Origin: Geosiphon pyriformis uo1
Lineage: Eukaryota > Fungi > Glomeromycota
Length of the DNA: 64,000 nucleotides
Reading direction: 5' to 3'
Assembly (NCBI GenBank): GCA_016748015.1
Contig: JAAOMT010000494.1
Span: forward strand, 62,001-126,000
The position numbers and the translations under genes are program-made. Shown one piece after another: positions 1 through 12,800 of this stretch. The stretch's first letter is position 1. Every line of letters begins with the position of its first letter. Below the pieces are notes generated by a model. The model was not told where the DNA came from. It saw only the letters and a list, made by a program, of their open reading frames with translations, and did not search any database.

Positions 1-3000
1 AAACTACAAACACCAGTAATAACACTCAAAGGAATACAACTACTCACTTGGAAGAAAATCAGAGTCAAGTTACCAATTAATTTATCATATCACTATATAC
101 TCAGAAGTGCCATCAACATCTTATTAATAGGCACATCAACATCAAACACGAAATCATCATTAGCTTAACTTCTATTTTAAAGTAAACAAAAAAAAGCAAA
201 GTTATTGAGAACTTATGGTGATTACTTTGAAAAATTCAAATTGTAATTACCAATGCCATTAGAATTTTGATTACTGTCACCTTAACTAGATTTCAGAACC
301 ATAAGTCCTTGGAAGATAATAAAATTGAAAGAAGAAAAAGACAACAATCAGAAATTTAATTATCAAAACCTGATCATAGAAAACCTGGAAATTGAAACTC
401 TGAATATTTAAACTTTGCAAAATCAGAACAATCCAAACCCTGACATTATTAATCAATCCATCTTACCTCCAGTAATTATGATCAATCCTTTACCAGTTCT
501 ACCAATTGCTGAACAATAACAATAACAGCCACCACTATTAGCTCAGCCACAACCTCAACAACAACCAAATTCACTACAACCACTGATTGCAGCACCCATG
601 ATTTACATACCAATTACCAAATTGAAAAAATTTACTAATAAAGAGGATAATATACAAGTATGGCTAAACAATGTTGAAAAAACTATTGCAGCCAATAAAT
701 GGAATAACATCAAAGCACTACAAGCCATACCATATTTTCTACAGGATATTAACAATTCATGATATTAGAGCTTGGCAAATAAACCCCAAGACTTTAATGC
801 CTTTAAACTTGAGTTTTTAAGATATTTTAGTAATAATAACAGCATCAACTGCTTGGCCAATACATTCATCACTATAAAACAAAAAGATGCCAAAGCAGTT
901 ACTACTTACTTAGAATGCTTTTATAGAAATCTGCACCAGATCCAAGCAATCAAATCTTGAACCAGTTTATCTGTGGCCTGTGCAGTAGCATCTTCCAACA
1001 TGTATATTCATTACACTTAACTGATTTGCAAGCAGCAGTTACACATGTCAGAAACTTTGAATCAGCTGAACTCAAAACTAATTATGCTCAAGCTATGAAT
1101 CTAGTAATGAACGGATCATCTGAATTGGATTCCAAATTGAAACAATTTACTGATTCAATCAACCAGAAATTGGAAGGGTATTTAGTTAACAACAATCAAA
1201 CAATATATCAATTGCCACAACATTGCAACAATCCTAGAAATTAGCACCAAGATCAGTCATGTCTTATATTATCATCAACTTGACTATTATGGCAACAAAA
1301 GACACATATCTGTCACAATTGTGGTAAACAAGAACATATCAAGATTGACTGTAACACTAGAATTAATAATCACTGATCAGAAAATCAATATTAAAACCCC
1401 AATTACCAATTTTAAACTCTGAATTACCACTTAAGTCAAGATTAATATCAACCCTATTACTTACCAATAACACAGCAAATATACTCATTACTAATTTATT
1501 AGCCTCTAAAATTCATAATATATCAACTATAGTCACAAACTATCTATTAGCCGCAGTCTCAAGTAATCTATTAGCTCCAACAAATTCAAATATCATCATC
1601 AAACTTAGCTTAATTAGTTATTAGAATCCAAAGGCTGAAAGTCACTCATATTCAACAAAACTGAAGATCAGCAATGATTATGCACCAACTGATTTTCAGT
1701 TCCTTAACTCAATTATTAGAATCATAACAATGGAATTCAAAAACTGGATATATTCAAAATTCAAATTCCCAGAACTATTTAAGTCTTCTGGTTACTTCAG
1801 AAGATGTCACATCCAACAATCTGGAAGCCAACCAAAAGCCACTTACTAGTAATATACCTCTAGCAATCATTATTGAAAATAAATTACTTACAGCCATCTT
1901 TTTCTTCAAACTTAAGAAATTAACAATGCCTCTTTTTAATGGAGCTGCTCTTAATACCAAACTCATCACTGCAATGTATACTAATGCCAAAGTTGATAAC
2001 CATTTTATCAAGTTAATTTTAGACAGGAAATTAGCAAGCAGTATTATTACATAACAATTCATAGACCAATTAGGTCACTGAGTTGATTATGCTACTAGGA
2101 CTTGAATCATTACTGCTGATAGAGTGATAAAGACTTCAATCAGCGAGATTAACAACTTCTTATTTGAAGTCAATGATATTATTACACTGATCAAAGTCCT
2201 TATAATAGAAGCCACCCAATACTAAGTATTGATTGGTAATAACTGGCTGTTTAAAACCAATGTTATACTTGACTGGAATACCCAAAAATTCCAGTTTAGT
2301 AGAAATGGTCTGCAAGTTTGAGTACCTGCCACTTGTGGCCACTTTAAGTCAGCAGCCACCACTTAATTGCTGCTATTAATTGAAAAAAAAAACTTACTTG
2401 GGAAGCTTACCAAGTATTGTAGACTAAAGAAGAACATAATGAGCTGCTGCCAATTCTATCATGGGATGACAAAGAAAAAAAGAGAGAGGAAAATAAACCA
2501 CAAACTACTAATAATATCAGTACAACAATCAACAGTTTACATACTCCATATTCAGTAAACACAAAAAAAAACCACCTTATATTCCTTTTAAGTATATTGA
2601 CTACAAGAAAAAGCTTTTATTTATGGAAGCTTGGGTCACATTTAATAAAGATTACTGGATCCATATCCACTATTACTGTAAGCCATGCTACCAAGAATGT
2701 TTTAGTTATCCAAAATGACAAGGAAAGTGGGACAATAAACTATGTTTTGCTTGTAGAAAAATCTTACTTAATGAAAAAATATAGAATAACATCCTTGGTT
2801 AAAAAAAAACTTGTGATGTCTCATGCCAATACACAATTTTTATAAACAATTGGGTCAGCAGAGGAACACTTTTTAATGCCACATAGAACCAGGCTTTATC
2901 ATGTTTAAACAGCTACTTACACAATAAAGACAAGATCTGAAGAATGGCAAATGCCAAAATTGAAAATGCTTCACCCAAAGAAATATTGGAAGTTAAGAAT

Positions 3001-3479
3001 AATCTACCAGAACCAGTAGAAACTTTCTTGATTCTCAACCCCAACACTTTTTTTGACATTAAAGCCAGTTCAGAAAAATTTCATAAACACTACCAGAATC
3101 TAGCACTAACAAAGAAAGAACAAAAACAATGACTAGAACAATTAAATACACAACTGTGTAGACATTGCCTAATTCCCAGTAACTTTGAATATTATGATAA
3201 TTGTAATCTTATTTACAATCCACCAATCTGCATAATTTATATGATCTCAGAAGAAAAAAAACCAATCAGCAGCTGTGCATCAGAATCAGAATCGAAACCC
3301 AATCCTGATTCAAACTTTAATGACAATAATGAAAACAACAGTTCTAGTTTTGTTCAGAATGGCAATAATAACAACAATGATTCAGACTCTAATTTAAATC
3401 CAAAATACTATATTGCACTTCCTGATCTATCAAAAGATCAAAAACTCAAATGGTTTAGTAATAATAATAAAGATATTAT

Positions 3480-3870
3480 GCCAGAATACACACATAATAC
3501 CAATGCAGAGTTTGATTTAAGATATCCAAAAAAAAATGCCATCAAATTGAAATCACATTTATGCACCTGTATTGATCTAAAAGTAGCACTAGAAATCTCA
3601 GCAACAACAATAGTTCAATTAGTATCTAGAAGTAGTTTAGCAAAAAAAGAGATTAACATTAAAGGAAAAATAATTGATACAGAATATATAGAAAATATTA
3701 TTACAATACTACAAAATGACTTGGAAAAAGAATATATTATTAAACCAAATGAAAAAATAGCACAGGCAATATTCCTACCTTTAGTTAAAATAGCTTAGTT
3801 AGTATTAATAAGAAAAAAAGAAGAATTAGGGATGACAGCAAGAAGAATAAGTGGATTCAGATCCACAGAT
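3480..3870 (+). pseudogene. dUTPase domain of element A
   Basis: Motifs AEFDL, SRSSLAKK, IIDTEY, EKIAQ and a degenerate RxxxGFxST. Confidence 0.85.
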
Positions 3871-4399
3871 AGAATAGATGTGTCAGTTAATATGGCAGAA
3901 AAAAAAATTATTGACAAAAGAGAAATTATTTTTACTTATCAATCAATTTTTATTTCATTATATAACTAGTACATGTTAGCCATAGAAAGAAGAGTAAAGG
4001 ATCAAGCTCAAATTTTTGAAGTAGAAACTACCATTTGCGAATTAGAAAAAATTGGATTCATCAATCTTTACATACCAGCCAAAAGCCTGAAACACATAAA
4101 AATTCTTATCTACAACACAACTGGAAACATTATCAAAATACCAAAAAAAATTACCATAAAATACTTAAGCACTAAAGTTGAAAACCAACCATCAAGCATT
4201 ATTCCAGACTTTCCACAACTATGTGAATATGTAGATATCACATTACAAACAATATACAGATAAGAAGAATGTTATTTGCTTTAATCAAAACAATTAGAAC
4301 AAATGAACTTGGAAAACTTTAGACTCACTCCAACAAATACAGCTCAAAATGCTACTTAACAATTTCACTGATATCTTTGCCAGTAAAAACGAATTTGGC

Positions 4400-5703
4400 C
4401 AAATAAATATTATCCAGCATTAGATCAAAACTAAAGATGCAATGTTAATTAAACAGAAAACATACTTAGTGCTACCAGCCAGCTATAAGATTATTTGACA
4501 AAAAATCAATCAAATGTTAAATAATAGATTAATTCAACCATCAATGAGTTTATGGTTATCACCAATGGTACTAATCCATAAGAAGAATAGAAAAATTTGC
4601 TTTTGTGTGGATTACAAAAAACTTAACAGTATTACTCAGAAAAACAGCTATCCAACTCCACATATTCAGAAATTATTTGATGCTTTTGAAAGAAAAAAAT
4701 AGTTCTTGACACTGGATCTAGATAATAGTTATTGGCAAGTAGTCATAAAACTGGAATATAAAGAGAAGACTGCTTTTACAACCAGAGAAAAAAATTTTAA
4801 ATTTGAAGTAATACTATTTGACTTAACTATTGTACCAGTCATATTTCAATGGCTTATGAAAATTGTTTATACTGAACTGCTATGGAAATCAGTAGTGATT
4901 TACTTAGATGACACCAATATATTTTCAAAAATATTTGATAACCATCTTTATTATTTACAACAAGTATTTGAAAAACTAAGAAGAGCAGGGTTAAAGTTAA
5001 ACACCACCAAATGCTTCTTTGGCAAAACAGAATTGAAATTCTTGGGACATGTTGTAAGCAAAAATGGAATCAAAACAGATCCAAACAAAATTGAAATAGT
5101 CAAAAACTTTTTAGTATCAACCAACTTAATGGAACTAAAAGCATTTCAGGGATTTGCAGATTATTACTACTACTTTATTAAAGACTTTTCTAAACTGGCT
5201 CAACCACTTTACCAGCTCCAAACCAAGAATGTCAAATATAAGTGGACAGAAACCCAGCAAGAAGCTTTTGATATATTGCAAAGAAAGCTTATTCAAGCAC
5301 CAATATTAATCTATCTAGATCACAGCAAACTATTCATTATTACTACCGATACATCAGGTTAAGCATTGGGAGCAGTATTATCTCAAAAAAGACCAAATAG
5401 AAGAGAACATCCAATAGTATATGCTAGTTACAGCTTAAGTCCAACTGAAAAAAACTATAGAACACCAATATTGGAACACTTAGCTATCTATTAAGCAGTT
5501 ATAAAATAGAAGAAATACTTAAGCCAGAAATTTGACATATATACTAATCACAAAGGATTAACATTAATCTACAAATAAGAATTTAAAGATGATTGTCATG
5601 TAAAATAAAAAATAGAACTTGTACTGTTTAAATATACAGTATATTATAAAAAAAAAAAAAAAATGGAAATGCTGATGATTTGTCATGAATAAGACAAATC
5701 TAA
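4400..5703 (+). pseudogene. RT-RNase H of element A
   Basis: CFCVDYKKLN, LDLDNSYWQ, YLDD, FLGH, ITTDTSG; ends at TAA 5701-5703. Confidence 0.9.
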
Positions 5704-5734
5704 GAATATTTCAACCCAAAAATATAACAAAAAG

Positions 5735-6748
5735 ATAAATACACAATAATATCAACAACTCCAACATTATATTAATACCCAACAGTTCAAGGAAAAATTA
5801 TCTCCAAAAGAACAAAACACTATTAAACAACAATCAAAATATTTTATCACTTACCAAAATATATTATATTGAAAAAACAGAAAAAATTCAGACCAACCAC
5901 TCAAAGTAATCACAGAACCAGAAAAAAAAACAATACTATTTAACATGTATTCAGATCTAACAGCAGAACATTTTCATAAAGAAGCAACCATAGAAAAAAC
6001 CAAAAAAATGTACTATTGGCCATTAATATATCCAAACATTATCTAATATATTCAAAATTGTAACACTTGTCAAAAAAGAGAAGGAACAAGACCCAGCAAG
6101 CCATTGAGACTAATTAAAGTAAGACAACTATTCAATTGTATTGGAATTGACTTAGTTAGACCACTAACAATTACCAGCAGAGGAAACAGATATATTATAA
6201 TAGCTATAGACTATCTCACAAAATGGCCAGAAGCAAAAGCAATTTAAAGAGTGAATGCAGAATCCATAGCCGAATTCATTCATTAAAACTTAATATATTA
6301 ACATAAATGTCCAAAAAAATTGTTATTAGACCAAGGAACTCACTTTGTAAACAGAATATTGGCAGAATTAAGTTAAAGATTTGGAATTAAATAACTACTA
6401 TTATTATCATATTATCTATAAACCAATGGCTTAGTTGAAAAATTCAATAGAATACTGTGTAAAGCAATTACTAAAATCAGTCAAAAAAACCAGGACAAAT
6501 GGAATTTAGTTATACTATCAGTATTATTTACTTATTGAACAATGAAGCAAGACACTATACAAGCAATACCATTTGAATTAGTATATAGTAGAACAGCAAC
6601 ACTACCAGTTAAAATAAAAGTCAAAACATATCCAACTAAACTAATAACAGAAGACAATTTCCAAGAAACATTGTTGAGAAGAACATATGACTTAATGGAA
6701 ACTCTAGAAAACAAATGGCAAAGAGCAGCTAATAACATACAAAAGTCA

Positions 6749-6789
<41 letters not shown>

Positions 6790-7110
6790 ACAATACCAAT
6801 TACCAGATAAACTAATTGAATTCAAAATTAGAGACAAAGTACTCTTACATCATACCAAAACAGAAAAACAATGGAATAGAAAATTCAACTCCAAATGGGA
6901 TAAACCATTTTACATAGAAGAAATTCTGAGAAATAAAGCTTATAAATTAAGATGAAACAACAAAATTTTAACCAAAGCAGCATATAGTAATTGACTAAAA
7001 TCTTATCACAATATAGCATTATTATCGACCAATAATATTCCACAATTGGGAGTACAGAGAATACTAGTTCAACTAGAAGAAATTCCATGAGATCTAGAAC
7101 CAATAATAAT
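5735..7110 (+). pseudogene. Integrase of element A (separate ORF, start codon decayed to ATA)
   Basis: HHCC remnant, GIDLV, DQG, GLVE, WDKPF (GPY/F) motif. Confidence 0.85.
6751..6788 (+). repeat. Poly(A) run in the A integrase
   Basis: Replaces the KKQKERH codons seen in B; G>A decay plus slippage or a sequencing error. Confidence 0.8.
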
Positions 7111-7187
7111 CATTAACATAAACAAATCAAATTGAGATATTAAAACTCTATATAAAGAATCAGCACATGACAAAAAATATCAGAAAA

Positions 7188-7820
7188 ATAGAAATTACCA
7201 ACAACATTTACATACTGGCACAACAACTCTTCCAACTGATTTAACAACAAAATATGGAAATCACAATTAACCAACAAACTATTCAATATAAAGATACAAA
7301 GAAGAGACACCAAGACAAAGTACAGAGAAAACCAGAGAACACTATTGACAAAATAATTACAAAAGTAAAATTGGCAATAAAAATACAAACAAAAATTACA
7401 CCATATTAAGAGTTGACCAAAGAAACTTGGAATTGGTGGATACAACAATTTCTAAAAAACTTTTGTTATTTTTACTTAGAATAATACCTAAATATTCAGA
7501 ATTTATATACAGATAAAACAAAATAATTATTTGACACAACAATACTACAACAACTTAAATAATTTGTGTAAAAGAATAATTTAACCACATAAGCATGAGC
7601 TATATATTGATTATAAGTTGGATTCCAAGACTGACCAAAAATACTATTTAATTCGGAAATGGATACAGTTACCACTAACCAAATAGAAAAAATAACCAAT
7701 ATTTAATTTGAAAAATTACAGTTCAGAATAATACAAGTAATTTTAGAAAAAAAAGTTCAAGATATAATCCAAGTTGGAGAGTTAAAAGAGTTAAAAGATC
7801 TCAACAGAGCTTAATATTAA
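7188..7820 (+). pseudogene. ORF3 of element A, unknown function
   Basis: Collinear with ORF3 of B and E; TATATAAAG at 7149-7157; stop abuts the PPT. Confidence 0.75.
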
Positions 7821-7833
7821 AAGAAAAAAATAA

Positions 7834-8754
7834 TATTACTTATAGAATATAGAAATCATAATAGTATATATAGTAACTAATCAAAAATAGACATAGTAAA
7901 ATATGGAATTCCAGGATCCTTCTCAAAAAAATTACAGGATTCTAGGAATTACAGGATTTTTATATAAGAAATTGCAAGATTTCAAAAATTCTAGAATTCT
8001 TAATGAGAAAAATTAAGGAATTAAGGAATCTTAAATATGTATATATAGCAATAGTATTAGAAGCAAAAAAGACAAACCTCTTAGTTTGAACTTCTCTTCT
8101 TATCTATTCCTTAATCACTTCAAGAATAGTTTATATTTGCTAAAATAAAATCATCAAATTATCAATAAAATACTTAATTATATCTAATTTATGTTGTTAT
8201 CATTTGATTAAAAAATATTTATCAAACTTTAACTATCAACATTTTATGTTGATAACTGCTGATATTTAATCAGAACAATAGCTTTTGATCACAGCTATTG
8301 ACAAAATACTAACTTTTCATTGTCTTGGCTTATTTTTTTTATTTTTTTTTATTTTTTTTATTTTTCTCTTTTATTGTTGTATATTAATTGATTAAGGATT
8401 AAGCATTGAGTTATTGATGTCTGGATATAGCACTAGTAAAAGACCCAGGAATAAGAGTAAACATTCAGATTTGAGGATAACTTACCAGAAGATTGCCAGC
8501 CATCACACCAAAAAAAAAATTGACAGAATTGTGATTTCGAGAAGTAATAAACAACAAAACACATTAATCTGAGAGTTGATACTTAAAACATTACTAAAAA
8601 AAACAACACTTAAATCTCTGTCTATTATACAAAGAACTCCAACCAAAATTTTTAGACAATCAAAGTTTTCAGATATTACCAACAAGATCAGCTATTAAGC
8701 ACTAAGTTACAGATTTGTTATTTGATTTGAGACTACAAATAATTATCTGTAATA
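7834..8754 (+). repeat. 3' LTR of element A
   Basis: Decayed TGTTAC...GTAACA ends (TATTAC...GTAATA), preceded by a purine tract; homologous to the B LTRs. Confidence 0.9.
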
Positions 8755-9030
8755 TCATTAGTGAGCCCAAAATTTGTTATCACTTGATTGATCTAATTAT
8801 TATGTATACTTTTAAAAAATTTTATGAAATAAGAGCATATTTTGATTTTGGCCAAACTGTTTTGCAAATGAAACTATCTGACTAAGTTGTAGATTTTCAT
8901 ATGTTTTAAAAAACCAATCATAGCTCTTTGTTCTTTTTCAGTACATTTTTAATGATTGAACCAATAGCAAAAATTGGAGATTGAATGAATGTACTCTTCA
9001 AAACCAAAAAATTATCACCACACAAGACAT

Positions 9031-9868
9031 TATTACTCATAAAATATAGGAAGCATATTAGCATATAAATTAGCCAATCAGAAGTAACCGTAGTAAATAT
9101 GGAATTCTAGGATTCTTCTTAAGAGGAATTTCAGGATTCTCATACAAGGAATTACAAATTCCAGAATTCCAAGATTTCTCTTAAAAAAAATTGCAGAATT
9201 TCGGGAATTCCAGGATTCCTGATGTGAAAAATTAAGGAATTAAGGAATTTCAATTATGTATATATAGCAGTAGCATTAGAAGTAGAAAAGACAGACTTCT
9301 CAGTTTAGATTTAATCTAAGCAATCTTCCAACTCACAAATATCAATAAATAATTATTTTCTATCTCAAATCCACTCCCCACTATTAATACTTTATGTTAA
9401 TAGTAATTGATACTTAACCACACTGGAACAATAGCTCTTGATTATGGCTATTGATAGAATACTAACCATTATTATCTTGGTTTATTCTCTTATTTCTTTT
9501 ATTGTTATTTTTATTTTTCTTTCTTTTGTTGTTATTTACTAATTAATTAAAGATAAAGTGCTAAGATACAGACATCATAGGAACTGGTAAAAAATCCGTG
9601 AAACAAGGGTAAAACACTCATAGATTTGAGAATAGCTTACCAAAAAGATTACCAGCCACCATGCTAAAAAAGAAATTTGATAGAATTGCAATTTCAGGAG
9701 ACTACTAAAACAATTATTGAATCTCTGTCTATTATACAAAAGACTCAACCAAAACCTTTAGATACAAACAACCTTCAGATTACCAACACTATCATCATAA
9801 ATAGCTTCTGAACACCAAGTTACGGGTTTTGTTATTTGATTTAAGACCCCAAATAATCACTTGTAACA
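9031..9868 (+). repeat. 5' LTR of B
   Basis: TATTAC...TGTAACA, matches 18120-18958. Confidence 0.95.
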
Positions 9869-9870
9869 TT

Positions 9871-9887
9871 TGGTGCTTCCTGTGAAG
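9871..9887 (+). promoter_or_regulatory. Primer-binding site TGGTGCTTCCTGTGAAG
   Basis: 2 nt after the LTR; complementary to a tRNA 3' end ...GAAGCACCA (elongator Met- or Ile-like, not determined). Element C has TGGTGCTTCCTGTGAGG. Confidence 0.85.
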
Positions 9888-9889
9888 TA

Positions 9890-12800
9890 TAATTCTACAG
9901 AGAACCAGCACCAACAAACTCCATCTAAACAGTAGCAGAATCTGAAGAAATAAGAACAAACTATTTGGGATTTGCAAAATCTTTATTCCAACATTATTAC
10001 ACCCATTTTGGATTAATAAATAATAGTTGGCCAACAGAATCAGCTTTCAATTGCTATGTCAACAAAAAAATAGTATACCACTTAGGAGACCAAAGAGATC
10101 CAGAATCCATCTTCAACAACTTTTTCAATGAATTGCTCTAAAGCACCACCCTTCTACAAAACTACCTATTTGCACTCCTAATTACAGAAATAAACAGAAA
10201 AATTGAAAAATACACCAAATAGAAATTTCTTATCACTTTTGCTAACAAAAAGAAAGGAAGATTACAAACACCAGCAGAAACACCAAAGCAAATCCAACTA
10301 CTCACTTGGAAGAAACAAAAATTTGATTCACCTGCTAATCCATTATATCACTACACACTTGGAAGCACTATTAATATAATAAACACAGCTACAGCAAGTA
10401 TGACAACGCTACTAAACAGAATCCCATTCCAAAGTAAACAAAAAAAAACAGAGTTATTAGGAACATATGGCGATTATTTTAAAAGATTTAAATCATGATC
10501 CCCAATGCCATCAGGAATTCAATCACCACTATCACAACCAGATTTCGGAGCTATTAGTTCTTGGAAAATAACCAACTCTGAGGAAGAAAAAAGTAGTGAT
10601 CAGAAAATTAGCAAACAAAACCCAATTCTAGAAAATTCAGAAATTAAAACTCTGGTTAATCAAACTCTGGAAAATCAAAACAATCAAAACCCTGATGTAA
10701 TCAATCAACAAAACTTATCTCCAATAATCGAGATCAATTCACTACTCATTTCACCAATTACTGAACAGCAACAACAGCCACCACCACTACTTTAACAACA
10801 ACTAATGGCCTATGTTCCAATCACAAAAATAGAAAAATTTACTGGCAAAGAGAACAATGTCCAAATATAACTTAACAATGTGAAAAAAGCTATTACAGCT
10901 AATAGATGGAACAATGACAGAGCCCTTTAAGCAATTTCCTATTTTCTACAAGATACCACCAACTTGTGGTATCAGAGTTTAACTGCCAAACCTCAAACAT
11001 TCCAAAGATTTAAAATTGCATTCTTGGGATATTTCAGTAATAATAACAGTATTAATTGCCTAGTCAATGCCTTCACTACAATCAAACAGAGAGAAACTGA
11101 AGTAGTTACTACTTACTTAGAATGCTTCTACAAGAACTTATGCCAAATTTAAGCAATCCAAGCTAACTATTTTACAGTGCCACAGATTCTAAACCAGTTT
11201 ATCTGTGGACTATGCAGTAGCTTTCTCCAACATATATACCCAATGCATCCACAAACTCTCCAGGACACAGTCACCAATGCAAGAGATTTTAAATCAGCAG
11301 AACTTAAAGCAAACCATGTCTAAGCCATTAACTTAGTCATAAATAGATTATCTAATTTGAATTCCAAATTGAAACAACTCAATGATTCATTTAATCAAAA
11401 ATTAGAAGAATACTTAACTAACAATTAGGCAATTTATCAACTTTCACAATAATGCAATAATCAAAGAAACATGGATTGTTTTCAGAATCAGTTGCATCCA
11501 TCATCCTCTACCAATTAACAGTAGCAACAGGAGATGTATGTTTGTTATTACTGTGGTAAACAAAGACATTTGAGAATTGACTGCAGGTTAAGAATAGAAA
11601 ACCAATGATCAAAAACTCAATATAGAAACCCTGATTGCCAGTTTCAAACTCTGAGATATTAACCCAACCCAAAAATATATCAATTGAATTACTTACCAGT
11701 GATGCAGCCGCCAATTTATCAATCATCAGTATATCAAGCTCTATTTTATCAACCAACAACACCAGTTATCTATCAACCACAGTCACAAGTAATATATCAA
11801 CAACCACCAATTTCAACACTGCCATTAAACTCAGCTCAGATGACATCTAGAAATTCCAGATCAAGAGTTATCCAAAACTGGAGATCAGCAATAGTTGTTT
11901 ACCAATTGATTCCCAGTTTATTCAACCAGCTGTCAGGATCATGCCAGTAGAATTCAAGAACTGAGTATGCTTAAAACCTAAGTTCTCAGAATTATTTAAG
12001 TCTTCTGGTTACCTCAGAAGACGCCCCATCCAACAACTTGAAAACAAACCAGAAATCACTTACCAACAACATACCACCAGTCATTATCATAGAAAACGAG
12101 TCACTTATAGATATATTTTCCTTCGAAATTGAGGAACTGTCAGAAACTCCTTTGTTCAGTAGAGCCGCATTCAAGAAAAAACTCATCACAGCAATGTACA
12201 CTGATACCAAAATTGATGGTCACCTCATCAAACTGATCTTAGATAGTAAATCTGCTGGCAGCATTATCACAAGACAGTTTATGGACCAATTAAATCGCCA
12301 AGTTGATCGAGCTGCCAGTACAAAAATAATTACCACTAATGGAGCCATCAAGACTCCAATTAGTGAAATAGATGACTTATCTATCAAAGTTAATGGCATT
12401 ATTGTACTGATTAAGGTATTAGTCATGAAAGTCACTCAGTACTAAGCACTTGTGGGCAATGACTGGCTGTTCAAAATCAATACAACACTCAATTAGAACA
12501 CTCAAAAGCTCCAGATTAGCCAGAACAGTCAACACACACATGTACCAGCCATGTGTGGCCACTTCAAGCCTATCAACCCGCCATCAGCACCATTCATTAA
12601 GTTCGAGAAAGAAGAAAAGAAACCTACTTGAGAAGCCTATTAAGTATCATGGACTAAAGGTGACCACAATAAGTTATTGCCAATATCCTCCTGGGATGAC
12701 AATGGGAAAGATAAACAAAAGGAAAAACTTATCTGGAATACCAACCAAGCCTGAAGAACAGACAATGACTCAGACAACCATCAACTTGGGAGTGGGAAGA

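Larger units (their letters stand above)
1..8754 (+). mobile_element. Ty3/gypsy-type LTR retrotransposon A (family A/B), degenerate, 5' end outside the window
   Basis: Gag capsid-like region and CCHC knuckle (CHNCGKQEHIKIDC ~1311), protease remnant ~2015, Cys-rich region, dUTPase 3480-3870, RT with YLDD ~4901, RNase H, integrase 5735-7110, ORF3, purine tract, 3' LTR 7834-8754. Many transition-derived stops. Confidence 0.95.

Noticed and set aside
6532-6955. Poly-Lys and poly-Phe ORFs
   Set aside because: Products of a poly(A) expansion in a dead integrase.
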